Positions 1 through 8,813 of a stretch of 64,000 nucleotides of DNA are shown here, in pieces; within the stretch, counting starts at the first letter, position 1; the number at the start of each line of letters is the position of its first letter. The translations under genes were made by a program, and so were the position numbers. Source of the DNA: Obrimoposthia wandeli (taxonomy: Eukaryota); assembly GCA_977020255.1 (NCBI GenBank), contig CDROCS010005394.1, positions 1 to 64,000 of the forward strand, read 5' to 3'. The notes beneath the pieces are model-generated. The model was not told where the DNA came from. It ran no database searches and saw only the letters and a program-made list of their open reading frames with translations.

Positions 1-1664
1 TGCAGTAATAAACCAATACTGACACTGATAAGTACTGCTCGCTTACCTTTTAGCTTTATCATAAAGCCAATGAATACCAGGCTCACAACACTAAATAGAA
101 CATAAATAACCAGCGTAGGTAAGAAGCTTGAAAGCAAGGTAACTAACCACAAACAAGTCAGCATCAACAGACCAGCAAACACCGTTTTAACCGACCCCAT
201 CCAACGACCCGGTTTAGGTAATAGACCGACAAGGCTTGGGAAAGTTGCCACTAACAACCATGGCAGCGCCATACCAACCGCCAATGCGGTAAAGATAACA
301 AATAAACTCAGCGTATCAGCGCCGAGTGCATAAGCAACGGCCGTACCTAAAAATGGTGCGCTACAAGGTGTAGCGAGTAACGTCGCGAACATGCCTTGCA
401 AGAAATGCCCACGGTTACTGTCATCACCAGCAGTAGCCAGTTTGGTTTGTACATTTGACGATAAGCTAAATTCAAATGCGCCGAGCATATTTAATGAGAA
501 CACCGCGGTGATCACAACCATGACAGCGATAAACCAAGGGCTTTGGAACTGAATTCCCCACCCTATCGCTTGCCCTGACACTTTTAATGCAAAGATGAAG
601 GCGGCAAGTAACCAGAACGACACGATAATACCGGCTGCTGAAGCAAGGAACTGCTGTCTAATTTTACCTTTTTCAACACGTGGCGCATCGATAATCGTGC
701 TTAACTTCATCCCTAACACAGGTAATACACATGGCATGATGTTTAAGATCAAACCACCTAACAAAGCAAATAGTACTATCCCGACCAAAGACTGACCGGC
801 GATAGTGACTTGCCCAGCAATAACAGACGTTGAAAACTCAAGGGCTTGTTCAGAGTCGATAACCGTTAAATTTAACGGCTTATCGATTAGCTCAACATCA
901 CCCAACCAACTGCTAGCATCAAATACCGCAATTATGCTATCACCGGTCACCTCTGTCGTCTTTAGTTTAAAGCTAGTGTCTAAGTCACCATCGATTAATA
1001 ATGTCGGTGTTCCAAGCCAATTATAACCCGAGACCGTCGCTTGTAATTGGCTATTCGCTTGATCCCATACCAATTGGATCGCGTTCTCATCAGCTACTTT
1101 TTTGGGTACTTGGACGATGCTTCTATTATATAAAAACATCGCTTCAGCATCGGCTTGTAGAGCTTGAATATCCACCGACATATTGATGTCGTAATCCGTT
1201 AACACGCAAATAGTCGTACACGACGACAAGGTTAATTTACCTGCCAATATCAGCGGTTTATTAAGATCTTCTAACTGTAATTGAATGGGAAAACTGACTG
1301 TATCCTTATAACCATAAGTATCTAAGCCAAGTAATGTAAAGTGCTTTGGTACAGGCCACTGCCAATCAGTGTTAACCAGGTTGCTCGAATCTTGCCAATC
1401 AATACTGGGTGCGATACCACCATCACCCGGTGAGCGCCAATAGGTCTTCCAGTCGTCTGCAAGTTTTACTTCCAGTACCGCAGGTACGGTATTATTAGTT
1501 TTATCCACTTGTCCGGTTAACATAAAGCGTAACTGGATCGGAGGATGCGACGGGTCTTGTAACCAACCTGTTGTTTGCGCCGAAATACTCGCCGATATAA
1601 ACAGTAAACAAGTTACGAATAAGGTTTTGATTACCTTAAATTTAGTTTTAAAATTAGTCTTCAA
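1..1664 (-). CDS. scsB: ScsB/DsbD-family protein-disulfide reductase (3' end outside window)
   Basis: Not in the ORF track; translated by hand from TTG 1664 (GGAG 6 nt upstream). Signal peptide, WKTYWRSPGDGG, CTTIC, then DsbD transmembrane motifs LILNIMPCVLPVLGMKL and TPCSAPFLG. Open to the window edge. Confidence 0.85.
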   Translation of the reverse strand, partial: MKTNFKTKFKVIKTLFVTCLLFISASISAQTTGWLQDPSHPPIQLRFMLTGQVDKTNNTVPAVLEVKLADDWKTYWRSPGDGGIAPSIDWQDSSNLVNTDWQWPVPKHFTLLGLDTYGYKDTVSFPIQLQLEDLNKPLILAGKLTLSSCTTICVLTDYDINMSVDIQALQADAEAMFLYNRSIVQVPKKVADENAIQLVWDQANSQLQATVSGYNWLGTPTLLIDGDLDTSFKLKTTEVTGDSIIAVFDASSWLGDVELIDKPLNLTVIDSEQALEFSTSVIAGQVTIAGQSLVGIVLFALLGGLILNIMPCVLPVLGMKLSTIIDAPRVEKGKIRQQFLASAAGIIVSFWLLAAFIFALKVSGQAIGWGIQFQSPWFIAVMVVITAVFSLNMLGAFEFSLSSNVQTKLATAGDDSNRGHFLQGMFATLLATPCSAPFLGTAVAYALGADTLSLFVIFTALAVGMALPWLLVATFPSLVGLLPKPGRWMGSVKTVFAGLLMLTCLWLVTLLSSFLPTLVIYVLFSVVSLVFIGFMIKLKGKRAVLISVSIGLLL

Positions 1665-1940
1665 ATCTGTCTCCAAAAAGTACTCAAAGTCATCGTATCG
1701 ATACTTCAATACCAATTGTATTTAATCGATGTTCAATAAACAGGTCATGCCGAGTGCAATACTCGTAAAGTAACAGCACGCAGATGTGCAATTCTCACCG
1801 ACAGTGTTTATAGATAAGCATAAGAATGCGTTAATATACCTGAGTTAAAGTAAAGACTGACGATTTAAATATAAAACATTTAATATCAAATGATTATTAA
1901 CGAATCGCGTCTTTAACTCTGTCTAAGATAGAACGACATA

Positions 1941-2405
1941 TTACTCGTCGAATTTACACAAAATGAGGTGGCGGCGTTGCGAAGGAACAAATCGATTGGT
2001 GAGATAGGTAACATTAGGCGTCTGGCGCATAAAGTAATGGCTAAACATGATGATCATTAAAATGACCATCACCAGTTCATCCATATGAGTACTGGCTTTC
2101 TGCAATAGCTTTTCAGTCAATTTACAAACACCATCACTGTTATCAACATAACTGGCATCGTAAAGTTCAATCTTAGCTGTTGGACTGAAATTAGCTTCAG
2201 CGCTGTTGTTTGCATTCTGACTCGAACTTTGATTAGTACTTTGATTAGTACTAGCCTGACGATTTAACGGCTTATCGCTAAGCTGTTCAACATTAATAAG
2301 TGGTTGATTAAATGTATAAGCGTTGTTAACCATACAAGCAATCAAAAACGTTACTATTAATAGCAAGCTTATATTGGCATTGTGTGTTGGTTTAGTTAAG
2401 CGCAT
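1941..2405 (-). CDS. ScsA-like copper-sensitivity suppressor membrane protein
   Basis: N-terminal hydrophobic helix, CKLTEKLL (ScsA CELSAKSL-like), second TM helix, C-terminus RRHLILCKFDE (ScsA RVHLRFCVFRE-like). Lies upstream of the scsB-like gene. Confidence 0.65.
   Translation of the reverse strand: MRLTKPTHNANISLLLIVTFLIACMVNNAYTFNQPLINVEQLSDKPLNRQASTNQSTNQSSSQNANNSAEANFSPTAKIELYDASYVDNSDGVCKLTEKLLQKASTHMDELVMVILMIIMFSHYFMRQTPNVTYLTNRFVPSQRRHLILCKFDE
2226..2252. repeat. 12-bp in-frame tandem duplication (ACTTTGATTAGT x2.25) encoding STNQ repeats
   Basis: Read directly from the sequence. Confidence 0.85.
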
Positions 2406-2775
2406 ACATTCTTATGGTTAAACTTATAGTTGAAAAAAGGGTTGAATTCGTCATAGAGTCTCTTTTTACCGATAATCATTAAATATCACAAGTCAGGCTT
2501 GTTAAAATTACCCTTCTTTACCAAAAAGAGCTAAAAATCGCTGCTATATACTAAAATCTAGTGCGGAATTTAATTAACTGCTGGTATTTTTGTCATTTTA
2601 GCCTAGAATCCCGCCCTCTAGTTCATTTCTCTTTATCCAGTGTTGATAACAAAAGCTATCGCGATGATTAAATTGAATGAAAAAGCACAAACAAGATACT
2701 CAAGCACGCACTCTGATAACACACCTTCAAGCAGTTTGAGTATATAACACTGAATAATTGCTAGGAAATAGACAC

Positions 2776-3075
2776 ATGGCTAAAGGTAAAAAGTACGATT
2801 TTAATTTGGTATTAGTAGACGGTTCTTGGACTGCTGAAATCGTTAGAAAAATCACATCTAAAAAAACAGTAGTATCAAAAAGCCAAGCTGGTTTTGCTTC
2901 AGAAGCAGAAGCACAGGTTTGGGCTGAAACTGAATTAAAAGGTTTCTTACAAAACCAAATCGACCGTAACGCACGTCGTATTCGTTTAGTTTCAGAAAGC
3001 GTTGAAGATAATGCAGCAGAGAGTACTGAAGATCGTGCTGAAGAGTCTGACGAATCAGAAGAAGACGACGCTTAA
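2776..3075 (+). CDS. DUF3622-like protein with acidic C-terminal tail
   Basis: MAKGKKYDF...WTAEIVRKITSKKTVVSKSQAGFASEAEAQVW. ATG 2776 follows AGGA. Confidence 0.7.
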   Translation: MAKGKKYDFNLVLVDGSWTAEIVRKITSKKTVVSKSQAGFASEAEAQVWAETELKGFLQNQIDRNARRIRLVSESVEDNAAESTEDRAEESDESEEDDA

Positions 3076-3096
3076 TATCTCCTTGATATCTCCTTG
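3075..3096. repeat. 11-bp perfect tandem duplication ATATCTCCTTG x2
   Basis: Read directly; it begins at the stop codon of the preceding gene. Confidence 0.85.
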
Positions 3097-3100
3097 TGAA

Positions 3101-3128
3101 GTGGTCAACTAATTTTGGCCACAGTTTT
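3101..3128 (+). terminator. Probable intrinsic terminator
   Basis: GTGGTCAA-ctaatt-TTGGCCAC stem followed by AGTTTT. Confidence 0.5.
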
Positions 3129-3218
3129 GTATGCAAAACGAGGTGCAATCATTAGACGGAGCTGCTTACCTGAAAGATTTATAACAAACGCTAAAACAAC
3201 CTCATTTTTTGGTCGATG

Positions 3219-3428
3219 CTATTTGTCAGGATGAGTCAAAATTAAATTACTGCCATCAATTCTGACATCTTTGTAGCCTTTTAAGTTTTCGGCAAGTACA
3301 TCAAGCCCTTTTTCAGTCAGCGCTTCATCTGATAATGTATAAATAGTCATATTGTTACCAGACGTTGCATCATTACTTACTGCAGATTGAATGCTGTTTA
3401 ATAAATTTTTAAGGTCATCGTTGTTCAT
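3219..3428 (-). CDS. Small hypothetical protein (69 aa)
   Basis: Clean ORF with GGAG RBS; no recognisable motif. Confidence 0.6.
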   Translation of the reverse strand: MNNDDLKNLLNSIQSAVSNDATSGNNMTIYTLSDEALTEKGLDVLAENLKGYKDVRIDGSNLILTHPDK

Positions 3429-3611
3429 ATTTCGACTCCATATATAATGTGTATTGTTTAAGTTTCATTGACATATTTTATGGTAGGTTCTTTACTCTTT
3501 AGTTTCAATATATTGTTGTAAAATAAACGATGTTGTAAAAACAGCTTTGAAAAATCGGATTTTAAAATATTGAAAACATCATCTAAAGATAACGATATGG
3601 CGCTGAAAATA

Positions 3612-3950
3612 CTAAAAACGCGATAAATCGAGCGTAATAGGCTCGCCTAACCATTGCACATAGTCGGTATGGTCAAGTAAGTCATCACCCGTTACCGCAT
3701 GTAGCAATACCGATACCCCTTTTCTATTAGCAATACACCACGCGACAAACACCTCAAAGTCATCAGCAGTGAACGAAGCCTGAAAACTCCACTGCGGATG
3801 CGGTCCTACCGGTTTAGTATTGAAGTGACCGACAAACAATCCCAACTCAGCATTGATACTTGTTCTTAATGCCTCGGCGTGGACTTGTGATGACGCATCA
3901 AAATAAAAATGCGCATGATAGTTTGCATGACTGTTAACTGGCGTATCCAT
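3612..3950 (-). CDS. DOPA 4,5-dioxygenase family protein
   Basis: YHAHFYFD, PVGPHPQWSFQ and SVLLHAVTGDDLLDHT motifs. Confidence 0.85.
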   Translation of the reverse strand: MDTPVNSHANYHAHFYFDASSQVHAEALRTSINAELGLFVGHFNTKPVGPHPQWSFQASFTADDFEVFVAWCIANRKGVSVLLHAVTGDDLLDHTDYVQWLGEPITLDLSRF

Positions 3951-4227
3951 AAATACCTCATAAATAGGGCTATAAAACCGTACTTTAAACCCTTACATTA
4001 AAACCGAGCCTAAAATACTGTTTTAAAACAAAAGGCTCAACATAACACAATTACTGCATTGCTGAATACGACCTTTACGTTCTTCACATTCACCATAAAC
4101 AAGCTAATAACATCACATGTAAAAACACTAAATGACGTTAATTTACAGTGCCTTACATTAATACTGGCTTTACATTATTTACCTTTTATTTACTGGTCAT
4201 CGATGTTTATATTATATATCATAACGA

Positions 4228-4246
4228 AATACGAACAATTATCATT
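4228..4246. promoter_or_regulatory. Putative Fur box
   Basis: AATACGAACAATTATCATT matches AATGATAATNATTATCATT at 14 of 18 positions. It ends 15 nt upstream of an iron-uptake operon. Confidence 0.6.
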
Positions 4247-4261
4247 TGTATTAACACTAGT

Positions 4262-5167
4262 ATGAAACGACCAGTTGTAGCTACTTTCTTTGGATTATTA
4301 TTTTCAGCCAGCGCTTTATCAGACACCATCACTGTCACTCATCAATTAGGTAAAACCACATTAGAAACTAATCCTCAGCGTGTTGTGGTCATTGGCACAG
4401 GTACATTAGATGCGTTAGATTATTTTGGTATTAAGCCTGTAGCGGTCAGTAAAGCGACAACGATGCCTGACTATTTATTGAAATATCAAAGTAAAGAATT
4501 CGCGTCTTCAGGTAGCTTAAACGAACCTGATTTTGAAACTATTTATATGCAAAGACCAGACGTGATTATTATTGGTTCTCGTGCTGTCGAATCGTATAAA
4601 GAATTATCAAAAATTGCCCCTACAGTGATGTTCGCACCAGAATCAGATGGCTATTGGCAGAGCACCCAACAACAATGGCGTATGCTGGGTGACATCTTTG
4701 AAATTCAGCCAAAAGTAGAAGCTAAGATCGCCAGCGTTGATACTCAAATCAACGAAATTGCCAACTACAACAAAACCAACGACGTAAAAGCCTTAACCGT
4801 CATGAGTGCAGGCGGTAATATCACCACGTTTGGTGCACAATCTCGTTTCTCTGCTATTTATCGTGATTTCGGTTTCCAAGAAGCCGTGCCAAATATTAAA
4901 GAATCTCGTCATGGTGATTTGATTTCGTATGAGTTCATTAGCAACGTAAATCCCGCTAACCTATTCATTATCGACAAAGACAAACTGATTAATAAAGACA
5001 AAAGCCGTACCCGTGAAGAATTTGCCAACCCCCTAGTTAAATCAACCAAAGCCTATAAAAACGATAAGCTAAATTACCTTGATATTAACGCCTGGTACAT
5101 TGCGCTTTCGGGCGTCACTGCAACCGATAAAATGATCGAAGATATGCAGCAATCACGCGCACTGTAA
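4262..5167 (+). CDS. vctP: Siderophore ABC transporter periplasmic binding protein (VctP/CeuE/YclQ-like)
   Basis: Signal peptide, NPQRVVV, GSLNEPDFE and FGAQSRF motifs. ATG 4262 preferred over the upstream ORF start. Confidence 0.8.
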   Translation: MKRPVVATFFGLLFSASALSDTITVTHQLGKTTLETNPQRVVVIGTGTLDALDYFGIKPVAVSKATTMPDYLLKYQSKEFASSGSLNEPDFETIYMQRPDVIIIGSRAVESYKELSKIAPTVMFAPESDGYWQSTQQQWRMLGDIFEIQPKVEAKIASVDTQINEIANYNKTNDVKALTVMSAGGNITTFGAQSRFSAIYRDFGFQEAVPNIKESRHGDLISYEFISNVNPANLFIIDKDKLINKDKSRTREEFANPLVKSTKAYKNDKLNYLDINAWYIALSGVTATDKMIEDMQQSRAL

Positions 5168-6115
5168 TTGAGGCTTACCTTGAAAAAGTTATTATTTGTG
5201 CTGGTATTACTCAGCATTGCATCGGTATTTGTTGGCGTGGCAGACTTGTCTTTAACTGCCATTTTAGCTGGCGATACTGATGCCATCGAGCTGTTGTTAA
5301 TCAGTCGCCTGCCCCGCTTGTTAGCGATTTTACTCTCGGGTGCAGGACTGAGTATTGCCGGACTTATCATGCAGCAAATCAGTCAAAACCGATTTGCGTC
5401 GCCATCGACATCTGGCACCATTGAATGTGCCATGCTCGGCTATGTATTAAGTTTAGTCTTTCTTGGCCATGGCGACAGTCTGCTACTTATCTTTGGCATG
5501 GCGATCGCGGGTACATTGGTGTTTATTCAGTTTATCCATCGCATCCAATTTAAGAACGCTATCTATGTGCCGTTAATCGGTATCATTTTTGGTAATGTGG
5601 TGTCTTCTGCTGCCACCTTCGTTGCTTACAAATATGACGCGGTGCAAAACTTATCAGCATGGACAGTGGCTAACTTTGCCAGCATTCTGCAAGGTAACTA
5701 TGAATTGCTTTATATCGCCCTACCCGTTTCTATTATTAGCTATTGGTACGCAACGCGCTTGTCTGCGGTTGGTATGGGTAAAGACTTCGCCACCAATATT
5801 GGCCTGAATTACAAACAGGTACTCTTCATTGGTATTATTCTGGTCTCTGTGATGTCTGCATCTGTGGTGATGATTGTCGGTCAACTGCCATTCCTAGGCC
5901 TGATAGTACCCAACTTAGTAGCGCAATTCTACGGTGACAATTTACGCAAAAATATTCCATTAACCGCTATTATCGGCGCGATTTTAATTTTGCTTTGCGA
6001 TGTAGTTGGTCGCGTTATCATCTTCCCTTACGAGATCCCAATTTCGATGATCATCAGCATACTCGGCGGCTCAGTATTTATCTTCTTCATTGTAAAGGGC
6101 AAGCAACATGTCTGA
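5168..6115 (+). CDS. vctD: FecCD-family iron-siderophore permease (VctD/CeuB-like)
   Basis: SRLPRL, QNRFASPSTSGT and GQLPFLGLIVPN motifs. Confidence 0.8.
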   Translation: MRLTLKKLLFVLVLLSIASVFVGVADLSLTAILAGDTDAIELLLISRLPRLLAILLSGAGLSIAGLIMQQISQNRFASPSTSGTIECAMLGYVLSLVFLGHGDSLLLIFGMAIAGTLVFIQFIHRIQFKNAIYVPLIGIIFGNVVSSAATFVAYKYDAVQNLSAWTVANFASILQGNYELLYIALPVSIISYWYATRLSAVGMGKDFATNIGLNYKQVLFIGIILVSVMSASVVMIVGQLPFLGLIVPNLVAQFYGDNLRKNIPLTAIIGAILILLCDVVGRVIIFPYEIPISMIISILGGSVFIFFIVKGKQHV

Positions 6116-7064
6116 TTCAATCAAGCTCACCGCGCTGGCTGTTATCACGGTACTGTTTACATTTTTATTCATCGGTATTGACTTAGATGCGTCAAACTAT
6201 GAATACTTTTTATCCCGCCGTGTGCCGAAAGTATTAGCCATGATCATTGCCAGTATTGCCATAGCACAATCATCATTAGTGTTTCAAACCATTACCCATA
6301 ATCGTATTTTAACCCCGAGTATCATGGGTTTTGATGCCTTGTATTTACTGACTCAAGTATTGGTCGTGGTTATCTTTGGCGGCTTTAGTGTCTTGCTCTT
6401 AAACCCGTTTGTTAACTTTGCTTTGTCTGTTGCCATTATGGTTGGGTTTTCGTTATTGCTGTTTGGCTTCTACTTCGCCAGCAACAATGGCAAGGGTAAC
6501 GTTATCACGCTGTTATTGCTCGGGGTTGTCTTCGGCCAACTATTCAATAATGTGTCGTCGTTTTTTATGATGTTGGTTGATCCCAATGACTTCTTAAGCA
6601 TTCAATCAAGCATGTTTGCCAGCTTTAACAATGTGAACCAAGAACTGGTGTACTTATGCGTGATCCCACTACTTATCATCAGCGCGCTGCTATTCAAACT
6701 CGCGCCTGTGTTAGATGTATTTTGGTTAGACAATGACAATGCAATTAGCCTAGGTGTTGATACTCACCGCGTCACTAAACAAGTATTGATATTGGTCGCG
6801 ATCATGATCTCGTTATCAACAGCCTTGGTTGGTCCGGTGATGTTCTTTGGCTTATTGGTGGCGAATTTAACCAAAGAGTTCTTCCATACCTATCGTCATC
6901 ACACCTTACTGATTGCCAGCAGTTTAATGGCAATGTCGATGTTGTTATCGGGGCAATGGATAATCGAAAATGTCTTTAGCTTTTCGACCACGCTCAGTGT
7001 GGTGATCAATTTTGTTGGTGGTTTGTATTTCTTATCGCTGCTTGTGCGACAAAAAATCCAATAG
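6108..7064 (+). CDS. vctG: FecCD-family iron-siderophore permease (VctG/CeuC-like)
   Basis: FQTITHNRILTPSIMGFD and VGPVMFFGLLVAN motifs; overlaps the upstream permease. Confidence 0.8.
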   Translation: MSDSIKLTALAVITVLFTFLFIGIDLDASNYEYFLSRRVPKVLAMIIASIAIAQSSLVFQTITHNRILTPSIMGFDALYLLTQVLVVVIFGGFSVLLLNPFVNFALSVAIMVGFSLLLFGFYFASNNGKGNVITLLLLGVVFGQLFNNVSSFFMMLVDPNDFLSIQSSMFASFNNVNQELVYLCVIPLLIISALLFKLAPVLDVFWLDNDNAISLGVDTHRVTKQVLILVAIMISLSTALVGPVMFFGLLVANLTKEFFHTYRHHTLLIASSLMAMSMLLSGQWIIENVFSFSTTLSVVINFVGGLYFLSLLVRQKIQ

Positions 7065-7108
7065 CATCGCTACTTACTACTTACTAGAACAGGCAGGATA
7101 CATACAAC

Positions 7109-7870
7109 ATGATTTCATTAACTAATTTATCTAAGTCATTTGGCCAGAACAAAGTTGTCGACCAAGCTTCGGCCTCGTTTATTAAAGGCCAAGTCACTTC
7201 GATTATCGGCCCCAATGGCGCAGGAAAAAGTACCGTATTGTCGATGGCTAGTCGTTTATTAAACAAAGACAGTGGTAGTGTGGTTATCGATAACCAAGAC
7301 GTATTGGATTGGGATACCAAAGCACTGGCTAAAAAACTGGCGGTATTACGCCAATCTAACAATCTCAATATGCGCTTTACGGTGCGAGAATTAGTCGCGT
7401 TTGGGCGCTATCCTTATAGCCAGGGCAAGCTGACAGCTAACGATAATGACGTTATTAACAAAGCCATTGGCTATTTAGATTTAACACCGATTGAAAACAA
7501 GTATCTTGACGAGCTCAGTGGTGGCCAACGTCAATTAGCGTTTATTGCCATGGTGGTAGCGCAAGATACTGATTATGTATTTTTAGATGAACCACTGAAT
7601 AATCTCGACATTAAGCATTCATTACAAATAATGCAAAACATTAAAACCTTAGCGCATGAATTAGGTAAAGCCGTGGTTATTGTGATCCACGATATTAACT
7701 TTGCATCGTGTTATTCAGACAATATTGTGGCATTGAAGAAAGGCAAGGTGGTTGCCAACGGCACCGTCGCAGAGATCATTAACCAAGCCACATTATCTGA
7801 AATTTACGACACTGATTTTGATATTCACGAAATCAACGGCAAACGTATTTGCATGTACTACGGGCAGTAA
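7109..7870 (+). CDS. vctC: Iron-siderophore ABC ATPase (VctC/CeuD-like)
   Basis: Walker A GPNGAGKS, signature LSGGQ, Walker B VFLDEP, H-loop. Confidence 0.85.
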   Translation: MISLTNLSKSFGQNKVVDQASASFIKGQVTSIIGPNGAGKSTVLSMASRLLNKDSGSVVIDNQDVLDWDTKALAKKLAVLRQSNNLNMRFTVRELVAFGRYPYSQGKLTANDNDVINKAIGYLDLTPIENKYLDELSGGQRQLAFIAMVVAQDTDYVFLDEPLNNLDIKHSLQIMQNIKTLAHELGKAVVIVIHDINFASCYSDNIVALKKGKVVANGTVAEIINQATLSEIYDTDFDIHEINGKRICMYYGQ

Positions 7871-7898
7871 TCGCAACCAGAATATTAAGGGGATAAAG

Positions 7899-8687
7899 AT
7901 GAGCAAGAAACCAAACGGTAGGTTAGTCACGGTAATAGACAGCCAACAAATCACGCCTAACATGCAACGTATTAGCTTTCAGGCTGATGACTTGTCTGAC
8001 TTCCCCGCCGATGCAGCAGGTGGCTATATTAAGCTCTTGTTCACGGAACAAGGTGATACAGACCTTTCACAGCTTGGGGCTGATGAACGTCCTAAGATGC
8101 GTACTTATACCATTCGTCATTTACGCCAATCGCTCGATCAATTTGACGTTGATTTTGTCCGCCATGAGCATGATCATAATGGGGGTGGTTTTGCGGCACA
8201 CTGGTCACAAGCAGCAAACGTAGGCGATACCATTTCAATCGCAGGCCCAGGGGAAATTAAACCCGTCAATGTAGATACTGATTGGTACTTTTTAGTTGCA
8301 GATATGACGGCCCTACCCGCCCTTGCTGCGCAACTGACTAAGTTACCTGCAACAGCCACTGGTTATACAGTTATCGAAATTAACCATGCCGATGATAAAC
8401 AAACCTTGGGCAAACCTGATGGCATTGAGGTTATTTGGGTTGTCGCTAATACAGCCAAGACAAACTTACTGACGGCAGTGAAAACATTAACCTGGCAACA
8501 AGGTGAGGTCTCGGTTTGGTGTGCTTGTGAGTTTTCGGATATGCGCGCCTTACGTACTTACTTTAGAAATGATAAAGCCGTCAACAAAGATAACATCTAT
8601 ATTAGCAGTTACTGGAAATCAGGTTGCACTGAAGATGGCCATAAAATCGCAAAACGTAATGATAATGAAGCGGAACAAAGTGTTTAA
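7899..8687 (+). CDS. Siderophore-interacting protein (ViuB/YqjH family)
   Basis: MRTYTIR, DVDFVRH, ADMTALPA and YISSYWK motifs. Confidence 0.88.
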   Translation: MSKKPNGRLVTVIDSQQITPNMQRISFQADDLSDFPADAAGGYIKLLFTEQGDTDLSQLGADERPKMRTYTIRHLRQSLDQFDVDFVRHEHDHNGGGFAAHWSQAANVGDTISIAGPGEIKPVNVDTDWYFLVADMTALPALAAQLTKLPATATGYTVIEINHADDKQTLGKPDGIEVIWVVANTAKTNLLTAVKTLTWQQGEVSVWCACEFSDMRALRTYFRNDKAVNKDNIYISSYWKSGCTEDGHKIAKRNDNEAEQSV

Positions 8688-8813
8688 TGATTTCATTTTA
8701 AGCGCGCAAAATTAAACCCGGTTAACGTGAATGCCTTGTTAATCCCCCTTTTCACTTCGTTTTCGCGTAAACTAGCCCGGTTTTGTATCTTTCTAATAAC
8801 GGGCTAAATCATT

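Noticed and set aside
595-1186. Three plus-strand ORFs in the ORF track
   Set aside because: They are antisense shadows of the long minus-strand scsB-like gene.
3139-3210. Lysine-riboswitch-like start (GAGGTGC...ACCTC)
   Set aside because: Far too short, lacks the other conserved motifs, and lies between convergent gene ends.
4059-4265. 68-aa ORF and the extended 4148 start of the binding protein
   Set aside because: This is AT-rich promoter DNA containing the Fur-like box, and the signal peptide begins at ATG 4262.
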